Shown piece by piece: positions 54,985 through 64,000 of a DNA stretch of 64,000 bases (its first letter is position 1; each line of letters opens with the position of its first letter). A program made the position numbers and the translations under genes. The notes below the pieces were generated by a model that had not been told where the DNA came from, made no database searches, and worked only from the letters and a program-made list of their open reading frames with translations. This stretch comes from an uncultured Chryseobacterium sp. (GTDB lineage: Bacteria; Bacteroidota; Bacteroidia; UBA10329): assembly GCA_964457245.1 (NCBI GenBank), contig CAYWET010000003.1, positions 77,006-141,005 on the forward strand. Reading direction: 5' to 3'.

Positions 54985-55545
54985 TCAGAACGGGATTCTT
55001 TGGGCGGCCAAAAGTAACGAAATGGCACCTGCTATTAAGGAAACGGTAACATTCCAGAGCTTCGGTTTAACACTTATTGTGTTTACCACGACATATTGCA
55101 GTCCGAAAATGATGCTAACCACAATCAATTGGCCGATTTCCAGACCGATATTGAAAGCGAACAACGGCATCAGTAGTTCATCTCCTAAAAGCGAACGGAG
55201 GTAATTGGAAAATCCCATTCCGTGAATAAGACCAAAAACGAGCGCCATCAAATAGGTTGCTATGGCGGCTTTTTCTTGCTTCGCGAGAAGGTTTTTAGCC
55301 GCTGTTGCCACGATTGTTACAGGAATCAGAAACTCAATCCACGCGCTATTGACGGGAATGATATTCAAAACGGCAAGCGCCAGCGTGATGGAATGCCCGA
55401 GCGTAAAAGCCGTAACCAGCACCAGAATCTTCTTCCAGTCGCTATAAACGTAGGCCGAGCATAAAGCCAACAAGAACAGCATGTGGTCGTAGCCGTTCAG
55501 ATCGGTTATGTGCTCGAAGCCGAGTTGGAAATAGGTTGGGAACAC
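54985..55545 (-). CDS. HupE/UreJ-family membrane protein
   Basis: FQLGFEHITDLNGYDHMLFLLAL, then 5-6 TM helices. The GTG start overlaps the upstream stop by 1 nt. Confidence 0.8.
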   Translation of the reverse strand: MFPTYFQLGFEHITDLNGYDHMLFLLALCSAYVYSDWKKILVLVTAFTLGHSITLALAVLNIIPVNSAWIEFLIPVTIVATAAKNLLAKQEKAAIATYLMALVFGLIHGMGFSNYLRSLLGDELLMPLFAFNIGLEIGQLIVVSIIFGLQYVVVNTISVKPKLWNVTVSLIAGAISLLLAAQRIPF

Positions 55546-56735
55546 TATCGAATCGTAATCTTAGCATTATAAAGCTGCTCAACAGCAACTCCGAGATTGA
55601 GGTATCCCGTAAGAATGTTGGTCTCCTTATCCATATTCAAATCAGAAAACCATGTTTTCATACCTTCTTGTTTGATGGGGTTGGAGGTGGTGTATTGAAT
55701 TACTTTTCCAGCTAAACCCGTCTCCGAAAACACATAATTCTTATCAGAAAAATAGAGGCTCGATGCGGTTTCCGGCACTCCTTCCAATCGCGAAAGTACC
55801 TCTGGTCTAAACTCATCATGAAGCAAATGCTCAAGTGTGATTTTTAGAGTGTCGTTTTTTAAATCAAACACAAACGGCACAGAAACCTGCCCGACTCTTG
55901 GCTCTTTTTTCTTGTACCAACCACGGAAACGGTTGCTGCTTTCTTTCATGTAACCGATGAACCATGTTTGGCTCTTCTCATTAAGCCTTTCGGGGTGCGT
56001 ATCGTACCACCAGACCCATTCGTATGGATGCAGTTCTGCGCCTCCTGTGTGGTTGTAATCTGCCACAAAAACTCCATACATTCCGAATGTGGTGTGATCA
56101 GAACCAATATTGTGGTGTTCCTTGGAAGAGTTGGGCCGATAACACGGGTAGAACTTCTCGTTCAGTAGGTAAATGTGGTCAATGGGAGGTGTTATCTCGC
56201 AATGCAAGCGATAGCGGTCAATGTTCTCCAACGTTTCAGGATAAATGCATGGAGCTTCTTCCAAGTTCTTAATGCGTTTGAAGCGATTCTTTGCGCATTT
56301 CTGCTCGTACGCAGGCCAAACCACATCAATGTATTTTCTGGTATGTGGAATGAGGTTGAAGTTGACATCGTACTCAGTAAAATGTGGCGGCCAGCTTGGC
56401 ACACGAATACCGTCTCGTTCGGTGCCAACGAACTTGATCTTGGTCTTACTCAATGCCTTCCATTTATAACCGAACATACTGATGACCCAACCTGCTTCGG
56501 CTACTCTATGCCGCTGTGTTTTCGATGGCAAAACCGAATCAACCGAAAATGCCTTTACCAAATCGACCAAGTGTTCGTTCAGGCTGTCATTATCGGAAAT
56601 GAATTTTCGGTCTTTGGTCAGTAGCAGCCAATATTCGGGGGTGGGTTCAAACGTTGATACAGTAAGTTGCGTTTGCCCGAAGGATTGGAGAAAAAGGAGA
56701 AACGAGAAAAGAAAAAGTGGAGTTGTTTTTGTCAT
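55545..56735 (-). CDS. Secreted hypothetical protein
   Basis: Signal peptide MTKTTPLFLFSFLLFLQSFGQ. 396 aa, rich in Trp, Tyr and His. No recognised motif. Confidence 0.6.
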   Translation of the reverse strand: MTKTTPLFLFSFLLFLQSFGQTQLTVSTFEPTPEYWLLLTKDRKFISDNDSLNEHLVDLVKAFSVDSVLPSKTQRHRVAEAGWVISMFGYKWKALSKTKIKFVGTERDGIRVPSWPPHFTEYDVNFNLIPHTRKYIDVVWPAYEQKCAKNRFKRIKNLEEAPCIYPETLENIDRYRLHCEITPPIDHIYLLNEKFYPCYRPNSSKEHHNIGSDHTTFGMYGVFVADYNHTGGAELHPYEWVWWYDTHPERLNEKSQTWFIGYMKESSNRFRGWYKKKEPRVGQVSVPFVFDLKNDTLKITLEHLLHDEFRPEVLSRLEGVPETASSLYFSDKNYVFSETGLAGKVIQYTTSNPIKQEGMKTWFSDLNMDKETNILTGYLNLGVAVEQLYNAKITIR

Positions 56736-56787
56736 CGGTTGGTGGAATTAGGTACTTCGCTTCGCTCAGATTGACAAACTACGCTTG

Positions 56788-57315
56788 TCATTTTCCGTCC
56801 GTTCTTTTGAAGTCAACCTTGTCTCCAACCTCCACACCATGGATGTCGCAGAAGCCTTCAATCAACTCCAACACATAAAGCGCAGGGCCTCTAGATGGAA
56901 TTGATTTCTCCGATTTCGGAACGCAATATTTTGCAATGCTTTCGATGGTTCCGTCTTGCTTGATGTAAAGAATGTCAAGGCCGATAAGCGTGTTTCTCAT
57001 CCAAAAAGAACGCGGTTCTTCCCGCTCGAAAATGAACAGCATGCCTTGCGTATCGGGCATGCTTCTGCGGTGCATGAGACCGATAGTTCTTTCACTTTCG
57101 ATGTCCGCAATTTCTATGTCGATTTTGCGAATCGTATCGCCAGCGGCTTTTACCAAATAGAGCTCTCCTTCTTTCTTGAATTGTGGACCCGTAGCCCTGA
57201 CCTCAGAACGTCCCGCATCCTTATTTCCAGATGTTGAACTTGAAGGCGCATCGCTTTCGCAAGCTGCAAAAGACATTGCGATAAACATTAAAAAGATGTA
57301 CTTCAGTTTATTCAT
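56788..57315 (-). CDS. DUF192-domain lipoprotein
   Basis: Lipobox FAAC. GLMHRRSMPDTQGMLFIF...FWMRNTLIGLDILYI...YVLELIEG matches the DUF192 pattern. Confidence 0.7.
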   Translation of the reverse strand: MNKLKYIFLMFIAMSFAACESDAPSSSTSGNKDAGRSEVRATGPQFKKEGELYLVKAAGDTIRKIDIEIADIESERTIGLMHRRSMPDTQGMLFIFEREEPRSFWMRNTLIGLDILYIKQDGTIESIAKYCVPKSEKSIPSRGPALYVLELIEGFCDIHGVEVGDKVDFKRTDGK

Positions 57316-59174
57316 TTTCTCTCCTTCGGAAATGGGTAAATCCCGTTGATGTTGTTGAGGTCGGCCAATCGGTTTGACGGGTCAATCTCGATGCTGGCGA
57401 CTTTCTTCTTCTTGATGTCGAGTTCAAACGTATAGGTCGGGTTGGTCCATTCCCAATCTGGCAGAATGGTTCTTCCCTCCTGCTCTCTTTCTACCGGTTT
57501 TTCGCCCCGCATCAGCCCAACGGGTATGTAGTACCAAGATGTGTTTCCATCCTTGTCAACCACCTTAATATCTAGCGGCATTGGCATCGCTCCAACGCGT
57601 TCCAAAACAATTGCGGAACGGCCTTTCTTCCCCTTGTCCAACTCCTTTATGCTGTAATCGATGTGCTGGGTTGTTCCAACCCAAAGATCCATGAACCAAT
57701 TCAGTTCCAGCCCCGAGGTTTTTTCCATCACACGGATAAAATCATTCGGGTTTGGGTGCTTCATCTTCCACATGTTGAAGTAGCGTTTCATGCCTTTCCA
57801 AAAAGCGTCTTCTCCAATAATATATTGTAGTTGCATGAGAAACAGCGAGCCTTTTACGTAAGACGATATTCCGTAACAGTAATTGGTCTGGAAGTGATCT
57901 GCATGCGTTGTGAGCGGCTCTTGAAGACCGTTTGCATGAAGGTCTGCCAAACGCTGAATATCCGATACAAACGGGTTTGCGACTGGATTATCCTTTAGCG
58001 CATTCAACACATAATCCTGCGCGTAGGATGTAAAGCCTTCATCCATCCAAGGGTACTTGCTTTCATTGGTGGCCAAAACCCCATAGTACCAGTTGTGAAA
58101 CGCCTCATGAACCGTAACGCTAAGTAGGCTGCCGTAGCTTCTTCCGGCAGTTTGGATAAGCGTTGCCATAGGGTATTCCATGCCTCCATCGCCACCCTGA
58201 ATGGTACTGAATTGCTTGTACGGATACTTGCCAAATTTATCGTCCATGATTTGCCAAGCTTTTACCATGTCCTGCTGAAGTTTCAGCCAGTAGCCCGTTG
58301 TGTCTTCTTGATAAAGAAAATGAAGGGTTGGGCCGTTTGGCACATACTGAACATCATGGATGTAATCTGGGTCGGCAGCCCAAGCAAAATCATGCACCTG
58401 TGGCGCAACGAAATGCCAAGTAAGCTTGTCGCCCAGCGTTTCCTTTACTTCTTTTCCTTGCTCCTGATAGCCGTGACCTACTTCGTTCGGATTCTGCAAG
58501 TAGCCCGTTCCGCCCAAAACATAGTTTTTGTCTATCGTGATCTTAACATCAAACTCTCCGAAAACACCATGGAACTCGCGGCCAACGTACGGATCGGCAT
58601 GCCAGCCTTCATAATCGTACTCAGCCATTTTCGGGTACCATTGCGTCATAGAGAAATCAATTCCCTGCTGACTGTCTCGACCGCTTCTTCTGACTTGCAA
58701 AGGCACTTGTGAGTAGAAATCCATCAGGAATTCCGACTTGGCGCCAGGTAGAATCGGCTCTGGCAGATTTACCTCCAACACGGTTCCCTGAACTTTGAAC
58801 TCAGCGTATTTTCCATTCTGCGCCAAGGACTGAATGGTATGATAACCGATTTCTTCAGGTTTTAACTTAGATATCCTGTCTCCAACCCTTGGGTCTGGAT
58901 CGGGTATTGTTCTAGACCGAATGTCCATCATACTTCCTGGCTGAAAGGCGTTGAAATACAAATGATAGAAAACCTTTGTAAGTGTGTCGTGAGAGTTGTT
59001 GGTGTAAACCAGCTTTTGCTTGCCCGAAAACTGATGCTTCTCCACGTCCATATCAATCTCCATTTGATAAGATGCGTGTTGCTGCCAATAGCCGCGTTGG
59101 GCAATGGCGGAAGAGGAAACAAGAACAGCAAATAGAAGAGAAAGCCGCTGCAACGACTTGATGTGGAAAATCAT
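57312..59174 (-). CDS. M1-family zinc metallopeptidase (second copy)
   Basis: HEAFH followed by 18 residues and then E (VHEAFHNWYYGVLATNESKYPWMDEGFTSY). Signal peptide present. Confidence 0.9.
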   Translation of the reverse strand: MIFHIKSLQRLSLLFAVLVSSSAIAQRGYWQQHASYQMEIDMDVEKHQFSGKQKLVYTNNSHDTLTKVFYHLYFNAFQPGSMMDIRSRTIPDPDPRVGDRISKLKPEEIGYHTIQSLAQNGKYAEFKVQGTVLEVNLPEPILPGAKSEFLMDFYSQVPLQVRRSGRDSQQGIDFSMTQWYPKMAEYDYEGWHADPYVGREFHGVFGEFDVKITIDKNYVLGGTGYLQNPNEVGHGYQEQGKEVKETLGDKLTWHFVAPQVHDFAWAADPDYIHDVQYVPNGPTLHFLYQEDTTGYWLKLQQDMVKAWQIMDDKFGKYPYKQFSTIQGGDGGMEYPMATLIQTAGRSYGSLLSVTVHEAFHNWYYGVLATNESKYPWMDEGFTSYAQDYVLNALKDNPVANPFVSDIQRLADLHANGLQEPLTTHADHFQTNYCYGISSYVKGSLFLMQLQYIIGEDAFWKGMKRYFNMWKMKHPNPNDFIRVMEKTSGLELNWFMDLWVGTTQHIDYSIKELDKGKKGRSAIVLERVGAMPMPLDIKVVDKDGNTSWYYIPVGLMRGEKPVEREQEGRTILPDWEWTNPTYTFELDIKKKKVASIEIDPSNRLADLNNINGIYPFPKERK

Positions 59175-59278
59175 GAATCGAATTTGAGTGTTGGCAAAGT
59201 TAACCGCTCATACCAAAGACGAAAATCGCAATGTGTTAATGTATTCGGATAAATTTGCGCTGGAATCTGAGACAATCT

Positions 59279-59980
59279 ATGGCTGAAAGGAAGCACGATA
59301 ACTTCGATCAATTCGCAAAGGACTACAATGAGGTTCACGCGAAAACGCTGGACATGAGCGGTGCCGACCGTGACTATTTCAGTGAGTATAAGATTGAAGA
59401 GGTGGCGCGACATGAAGACGTTTCGTCCAAACTCAGCATGTTAGACTTTGGTTGCGGAGACGGCAACTCGGTTAAGTACATGCGGGAGTATTTTCCAAAT
59501 GCAGACCTGTTCGGAACAGATGTATCTGAAAAGAGCGTGGAAGAAGCTAAGGCCAAGAACATTCCTGAATCGCAGTTCAAGCCTTACGATGGCGAGACAT
59601 TACCCTTCGATAACGAGTCGATGGATGTGGTGTTTACCTCCATGGTGTTTCATCATATCAGCTTTGACAGACATGATGCGCTGCTGGGCGAAATAAAGCG
59701 AGTGCTTAAACCTAGCGGTCGGTTTTACATTTTTGAGCACAATCCGCTGAATCCAGTAACACGGAAAATTGTGCGTGAGTGCGAGTTTGACCATGATGCC
59801 ATTCTACTGCCGCACAAGTACACCAATCAGATGCTTGACAAAGGCGGTTTCGCAAGCAGAAACATCTGGTTTACGCTATTCCTGCCTCGTCATTGGGTTT
59901 TCCGTTGGGCGTTATTTACAGAACGTCTGATTCAATGGCTTCCGATAGGTGCGCAGTACTATGTGAGAGCCGTGAAGTAA
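59279..59980 (+). CDS. Class I SAM-dependent methyltransferase
   Basis: MLDFGCGDGN (motif I) and MDVVFTSMVFHHI. ATG 59279 lies inside the track ORF starting at 59255. Confidence 0.8.
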   Translation: MAERKHDNFDQFAKDYNEVHAKTLDMSGADRDYFSEYKIEEVARHEDVSSKLSMLDFGCGDGNSVKYMREYFPNADLFGTDVSEKSVEEAKAKNIPESQFKPYDGETLPFDNESMDVVFTSMVFHHISFDRHDALLGEIKRVLKPSGRFYIFEHNPLNPVTRKIVRECEFDHDAILLPHKYTNQMLDKGGFASRNIWFTLFLPRHWVFRWALFTERLIQWLPIGAQYYVRAVK

Positions 59981-59988
59981 GCCTCTTC

Positions 59989-60861
59989 CTACTGATTCCC
60001 TTTTTCTATCAACTGACAAACGTATTGACGCACGCTTATGGTTGTGGCTGAGGCCGCCCCCTGCTGCTTTTTGCTATACAGGCGGTCAACTTGATCTGGA
60101 GCGAAACCAAGATCAAGATTGAATTGCTTGCTAAACCATGCGGCCATTTTCATCAGGAACTTCGGAACAGGGAGGACAATTACCTTCCGATTGGTTTCCG
60201 ATTCTACCAGTTTAAGAAGTTCCTTGAACGATAACGCTTCGGGGCCATTGATGTACTCAGTTGCGTTGACGCTCGATTGGTTCTTGATCAAAGCCGAAAT
60301 TGCCTTTGCCGCATCTTCCGCATGAATAGGATACATCTTACTGGCCAAACCGACTGGACAGGGTTGTATTCCTCCTTGAATGGCTGACGCAATCGCACCA
60401 TCAATTCCCTCTCCTTTGCTTCCACCATAAACTTCGGCAGGTCGCAAAATCAACCAGCTTTCAGTCATTGCTTTAACCAACCGCTCTGCCTCCACCTTCG
60501 ATTCTCCGTATGCTCCGCTCTCCTTGGTTGCTGTTCTGGAACTGATAAACACAAATCTTGGATTGCCGTGTTTTTGAGCTTCCTCTATCAGATGTTTCGT
60601 GCCCTCCACGTTGATTCTGAAATACTCTTCCCCATCACGCGAGTGAGTGATTGCAGCTGCGTGAATGATAACATCAACTTTCTCCAAATAATCGGAATAA
60701 CTTCTGGGGTCATTCAGATCTCCTTTAACCCAGCTGATGTTTCCTTCATCATCGTTCTTTGTTCTCGACAGCGCGATAATTTGATATTCATTCTGTGAAA
60801 AATCCGCTAGCACCGAGCGCATTAACTCGGAAGAAGCACCTGTTACGAAAACGCGCTGCAT
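59989..60861 (-). CDS. NAD-dependent epimerase/dehydratase (extended SDR) family protein
   Basis: MQRVFVTGASSELM gives a Rossmann-type glycine motif variant, with VIIHAAA further on. ATG 60861 is preferred over TTG 60870. Confidence 0.8.
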   Translation of the reverse strand: MQRVFVTGASSELMRSVLADFSQNEYQIIALSRTKNDDEGNISWVKGDLNDPRSYSDYLEKVDVIIHAAAITHSRDGEEYFRINVEGTKHLIEEAQKHGNPRFVFISSRTATKESGAYGESKVEAERLVKAMTESWLILRPAEVYGGSKGEGIDGAIASAIQGGIQPCPVGLASKMYPIHAEDAAKAISALIKNQSSVNATEYINGPEALSFKELLKLVESETNRKVIVLPVPKFLMKMAAWFSKQFNLDLGFAPDQVDRLYSKKQQGAASATTISVRQYVCQLIEKGNQ

Positions 60862-60875
60862 GAAATGCAAGTTAT

Positions 60876-61583
60876 TTACTTACCGAAACGGTAATTGAAT
60901 AGGTTTTTGATGAATTCCCAGATTGCCGCTGGTTTTACAAAAGACGATCGGCCCTCCAGTTCATAAAACTCGATTGGAAGCTCCTTAAAACTCATCTGCT
61001 TGTCTCTGACATTGAGCATTATTTCAGCATCTATGAACCAATCGTCCGAACGAAGTTTCATTTGCTGATAGGCCGAAGCCTTCAAAATCTTAGGTTTAGA
61101 GTTGGCGTCTTTGGAGTTAATCCCTGGGAACATGAGGCCAAATAGAACGTTGTAAACCTTGCTGATAAATCTGCGGTAAGCGCCATCGCCTCTCTTCGTA
61201 CGATAGGTTTTTACCAAATCGTATTCGCCTCCGCGAACTTCGTGGAAACAGGCGGAGATACTCTCAATCGGAAACTGGCCATCTCCATCAATCACGCAGA
61301 TGTATTTGCCTGTTGCCGCATCCATTCCTGAGCGCATGTCCCAGCCCATCATGCCTTCTTTTGGTTTGCAAAGGGCAATGCAACGGGAGTTTTCTTCGGC
61401 TATTTTCAGAACGTAATCTCTGGTTCTATCTCCCGAACCTTCAATGTAATTGGCAACCAGCACTAACTCATAGCTATCAGTTAGCGACCTCGTGAGGTCT
61501 TCAGCTTTTTTGATAAAATCGACAACGCTTGCCCCAGAACGGAAACACAGAATAACTACCGAAAGCTCGACCTGTTCAGCCAT
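60876..61583 (-). CDS. GT2 glycosyltransferase (short, soluble, DPM1-like)
   Basis: LSVVILCFRSGASV and ICVIDGDGQFP (the DxD region). No TM helices. Confidence 0.8.
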   Translation of the reverse strand: MAEQVELSVVILCFRSGASVVDFIKKAEDLTRSLTDSYELVLVANYIEGSGDRTRDYVLKIAEENSRCIALCKPKEGMMGWDMRSGMDAATGKYICVIDGDGQFPIESISACFHEVRGGEYDLVKTYRTKRGDGAYRRFISKVYNVLFGLMFPGINSKDANSKPKILKASAYQQMKLRSDDWFIDAEIMLNVRDKQMSFKELPIEFYELEGRSSFVKPAAIWEFIKNLFNYRFGK

Positions 61584-61634
61584 CGAAACAAATCTAAGAT
61601 TATTGGTTCACGTTAGGATCACCAGAAACTGAAC

Positions 61635-62981
61635 TTATTCTTCGGGCTTGAGCGCAACCTGAAACGGAATGTCATATCGCATCCGGAAATCATCATTAAT
61701 CCACCCACTCGCGTCTACGGAAAACTCCCAGTAATGCAGCACACCAGAATCTGGAAGCTTTTGAATGAAAAGCGTGTCAGCAGTTGCTCCTTCAAAAGCG
61801 AAAATTTTTTCTGACCTGATATCATAAGCTTCAGAAAATTCCTTCCCGAGTTTTAGTTGTTGTGAGAGCGGGTTGTAAAGTTTGAACACCAGAAAAGCTA
61901 GAGCCAATGGCATAACAAACCTTGCGGTCATTTCTTTTATCGAAGCCGAAACCCACTTGTTGTAAGCGATATAAGCATAGAAAAGACACACAACAAAAAA
62001 TAGGAACGTGTGCATGGCAAACACCCTGTGCCACGCGGCATAGCCCGTGGCATAAACAAACAAAACACCATGAGCAAGGACAAACAAAAGATACGCCACG
62101 CCAGGTAGCAGGTACCACGCTTTAAGTGGCTTTTCGCGAACGAATGCTGCAACAGGAAGAACAGGAATCATGACCAACAACCCTATGAAAACACGGTCTA
62201 GCTTGGCAAGGTTAAATGAAATCAGAATGTTCTTGATTTCACGCTGATATTCGTGAATGTAATGAGCCATATCAAACCCTTCCGGGCTCATTCTATTGGC
62301 ATTTCCCGGGGCAAAGAGGTAAATGAGAAAGCACAGAAGCAGAAACACGTTTGCCATGGTAATCTGCTTTTTCCACGATGTGTTCTGGCTCCACGCATAA
62401 ACAACAAGCAACGTAGTTAAACCATAAAACAGAACGGCATACGTTGCCCTGCTTTGCATGATATAAGCGAATGGTAAAATCGCCCAAATGAATTTTTTTC
62501 GGCAGAGTAATCCCATTCCAATTTGTAGCGCAATTATTGGATGTGTGTAAACAACGGTTCCCATAACCCAATGCCATATCTCATCTTGGGCGCTGCTAAT
62601 CAGGTAAAGCACCGTCACGAATGTTGAGCCGAGCAAGACCGAATCGGTCATGTTTTTCTTGCCAGAAAGCGCCTGAGTTATTCCACCAAACATATAAACG
62701 GAGGAAAGCAGCAACATGACTTTTATACAGGAAATAATCAGACCTCCTAGAACACCAATGTAGAGTGCCCGCATCCAAAGTCCTTGCACAATCATACTCA
62801 GAAACGGGCCTTCCCACTCCATGTAAAAGCGTGAGGCGTACCCAATTCCTGGTAAGCCTTGCGAAGCGTAATACATTCCCGCAAAGTCGTCTGCATTTGG
62901 GCGGTAGTGCGAATCGACCAAAACATGAAACACCACAAAACCCAAGGCTGAGCCAATGGCCAATATGGTTTTCAGGTTCAT
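61635..62981 (-). CDS. Polytopic membrane protein, candidate GT-C-type glycosyltransferase
   Basis: About 11 TM helices. An acidic NADDF motif follows TM1 directly, where GT-C enzymes carry a DD/DE motif. Its start overlaps the upstream aminotransferase stop by 4 nt. Confidence 0.55.
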   Translation of the reverse strand: MNLKTILAIGSALGFVVFHVLVDSHYRPNADDFAGMYYASQGLPGIGYASRFYMEWEGPFLSMIVQGLWMRALYIGVLGGLIISCIKVMLLLSSVYMFGGITQALSGKKNMTDSVLLGSTFVTVLYLISSAQDEIWHWVMGTVVYTHPIIALQIGMGLLCRKKFIWAILPFAYIMQSRATYAVLFYGLTTLLVVYAWSQNTSWKKQITMANVFLLLCFLIYLFAPGNANRMSPEGFDMAHYIHEYQREIKNILISFNLAKLDRVFIGLLVMIPVLPVAAFVREKPLKAWYLLPGVAYLLFVLAHGVLFVYATGYAAWHRVFAMHTFLFFVVCLFYAYIAYNKWVSASIKEMTARFVMPLALAFLVFKLYNPLSQQLKLGKEFSEAYDIRSEKIFAFEGATADTLFIQKLPDSGVLHYWEFSVDASGWINDDFRMRYDIPFQVALKPEE

Positions 62982-64000
62982 CTTTTGTAGAAGTCTAAAA
63001 CGGCCTCAATTACCCGTTTTTGATCGGAATCTAGGCCATAATACAAAGGAAGCCTAACCAGAGTGTCGCTAAATCGGTCGGAATTCAAAAGCGCTTCTCC
63101 TTTGTATTTATTGGTAAAATACTTAGAACGATGAAGCGATTGGAAATGAAATGTGGCTTGTATTCCATGTTCCGACAGAAACGAAATCAGTTTATCTCGT
63201 TCGTCTTTGGAAGAATTAATCAAGTAAAACGTATGCCCGTTATGTTTCGCGTACGAAGGAATGTTTGGTCGCTCAACAATCCCTCTTTCTTCTATTTCCG
63301 CAAAAGCCTCGTAATAGTTGTTCCAGAAACCAAGGCGTTTCGCATTCACCTCTTCCAACCGCTCCAATTGAGCCAAAAGAAACGCGCTGTTCAATTCTGA
63401 CGGATAAAACGAACTTCCAAGGTCAACCCAGCCATAACTATTGACCTTTCCGTCTTTGAATTCCTTCTTATTCGTTCCCATGTCCCACACCACCTCGGAA
63501 CGTTTCAGTAACGAATCATCGTTTACCAAAATGGCTCCTCCTTCTCCGCAATGAATGTTCTTCGTATCGTGAAATGATAACGCACCAATTGTTCCAATTC
63601 CACCCAGCGGTTGGCCTTTGTAAAAACTTCCGATTCCCTGGGCGTTATCTTCTATCAGGTGAATGGAATGTTTGTTGGCAATGGCTTTCAAAGCGTCCAT
63701 TTCACAAGCAACCCCACCATAATGAAGAGCGACTATCGCCTTGGTTTTTGGTGTAATCAGTTCTTCAATCTTGGTCTCATCTATCGATGGATGATTGGAC
63801 CTACTATCAGCAAAAACAATCTTTGCACCTCGGTTGGCAAACGCGTTTGCTGTGGTAACAAACGCATACGAAGGAATGATTACCTCGTCTCCCTCTCCAA
63901 TATTCAAAATGAGTGCTGCGAACTCAAGAGCTGATGTGCAAGAGGTCGTTAGTAAGCACTTTTTGTAGCCAAGTTTCCTTTCTAATTCCGTTTGGCAGCG
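62978..64000 (-). CDS. DegT/WecE-type sugar aminotransferase (dTDP-4-amino-4,6-dideoxy-sugar transaminase-like); the 5' end is outside the window
   Basis: The frame stays open upstream of the track's TTG: ...ELERKLGYKKCLLTTSCTSALEFAALILNIGEGDEVIIPSYAFVTTANAFANRGAKIVFAD...HYGGVACEMD...SFHDTKNIHCGEGGAILVND. It aligns nearly motif-for-motif with E. coli WecE as I recall it. Confidence 0.9.
   Translation of the reverse strand, partial: RCQTELERKLGYKKCLLTTSCTSALEFAALILNIGEGDEVIIPSYAFVTTANAFANRGAKIVFADSRSNHPSIDETKIEELITPKTKAIVALHYGGVACEMDALKAIANKHSIHLIEDNAQGIGSFYKGQPLGGIGTIGALSFHDTKNIHCGEGGAILVNDDSLLKRSEVVWDMGTNKKEFKDGKVNSYGWVDLGSSFYPSELNSAFLLAQLERLEEVNAKRLGFWNNYYEAFAEIEERGIVERPNIPSYAKHNGHTFYLINSSKDERDKLISFLSEHGIQATFHFQSLHRSKYFTNKYKGEALLNSDRFSDTLVRLPLYYGLDSDQKRVIEAVLDFYKR

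Overview
This is a 64-kb chromosomal segment from a Bacteroidota genome, probably Flavobacteriia-like. Supporting signs are GldM, T9SS type A and type B C-terminal sorting domains, TAnnTTTG -7 boxes and REP-like palindromes. Coding density is very high, and several convergent gene pairs abut or overlap. The backbone is housekeeping: rnr, purF, ald, phnA, thiL, typA, gmk, nadD, a cold-shock protein, methylmalonyl-CoA epimerase, tex and tRNA-Met(CAU). Between these lie envelope and secretion genes: two separate GT2 plus GT-C-like membrane protein pairs, PAP2, OmpA, two M1 peptidases with HupE, a 1355-aa T9SS type B protein, and a solitary gldM. The strongest candidate for an undescribed system is a compositionally foreign, translationally coupled three-gene operon at 7186-11031. 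It encodes a Dam-like N6-adenine methyltransferase, an ABC-type ATPase with an unassigned ~240-aa N-terminal domain, and a PtuB-like HNH nuclease. This amounts to a Septu-like pair wired to a methyltransferase. Next to it sit an XRE regulator and an exactly 21-bp-phased array of GTTTGC-N4-GCAAAC palindromes (11486-11674). Other notable items are two tandem giant fibre proteins (1308 and ~1703 aa) outside any prophage context. They combine YadA-like repeats, a collagen-like run and phage-type S74 self-cleaving chaperone domains. There is also a pore-less voltage-sensor-domain protein and an Arn-like aminosugar modification cassette. All family assignments come from motifs read by eye in the translations; no database search was possible.
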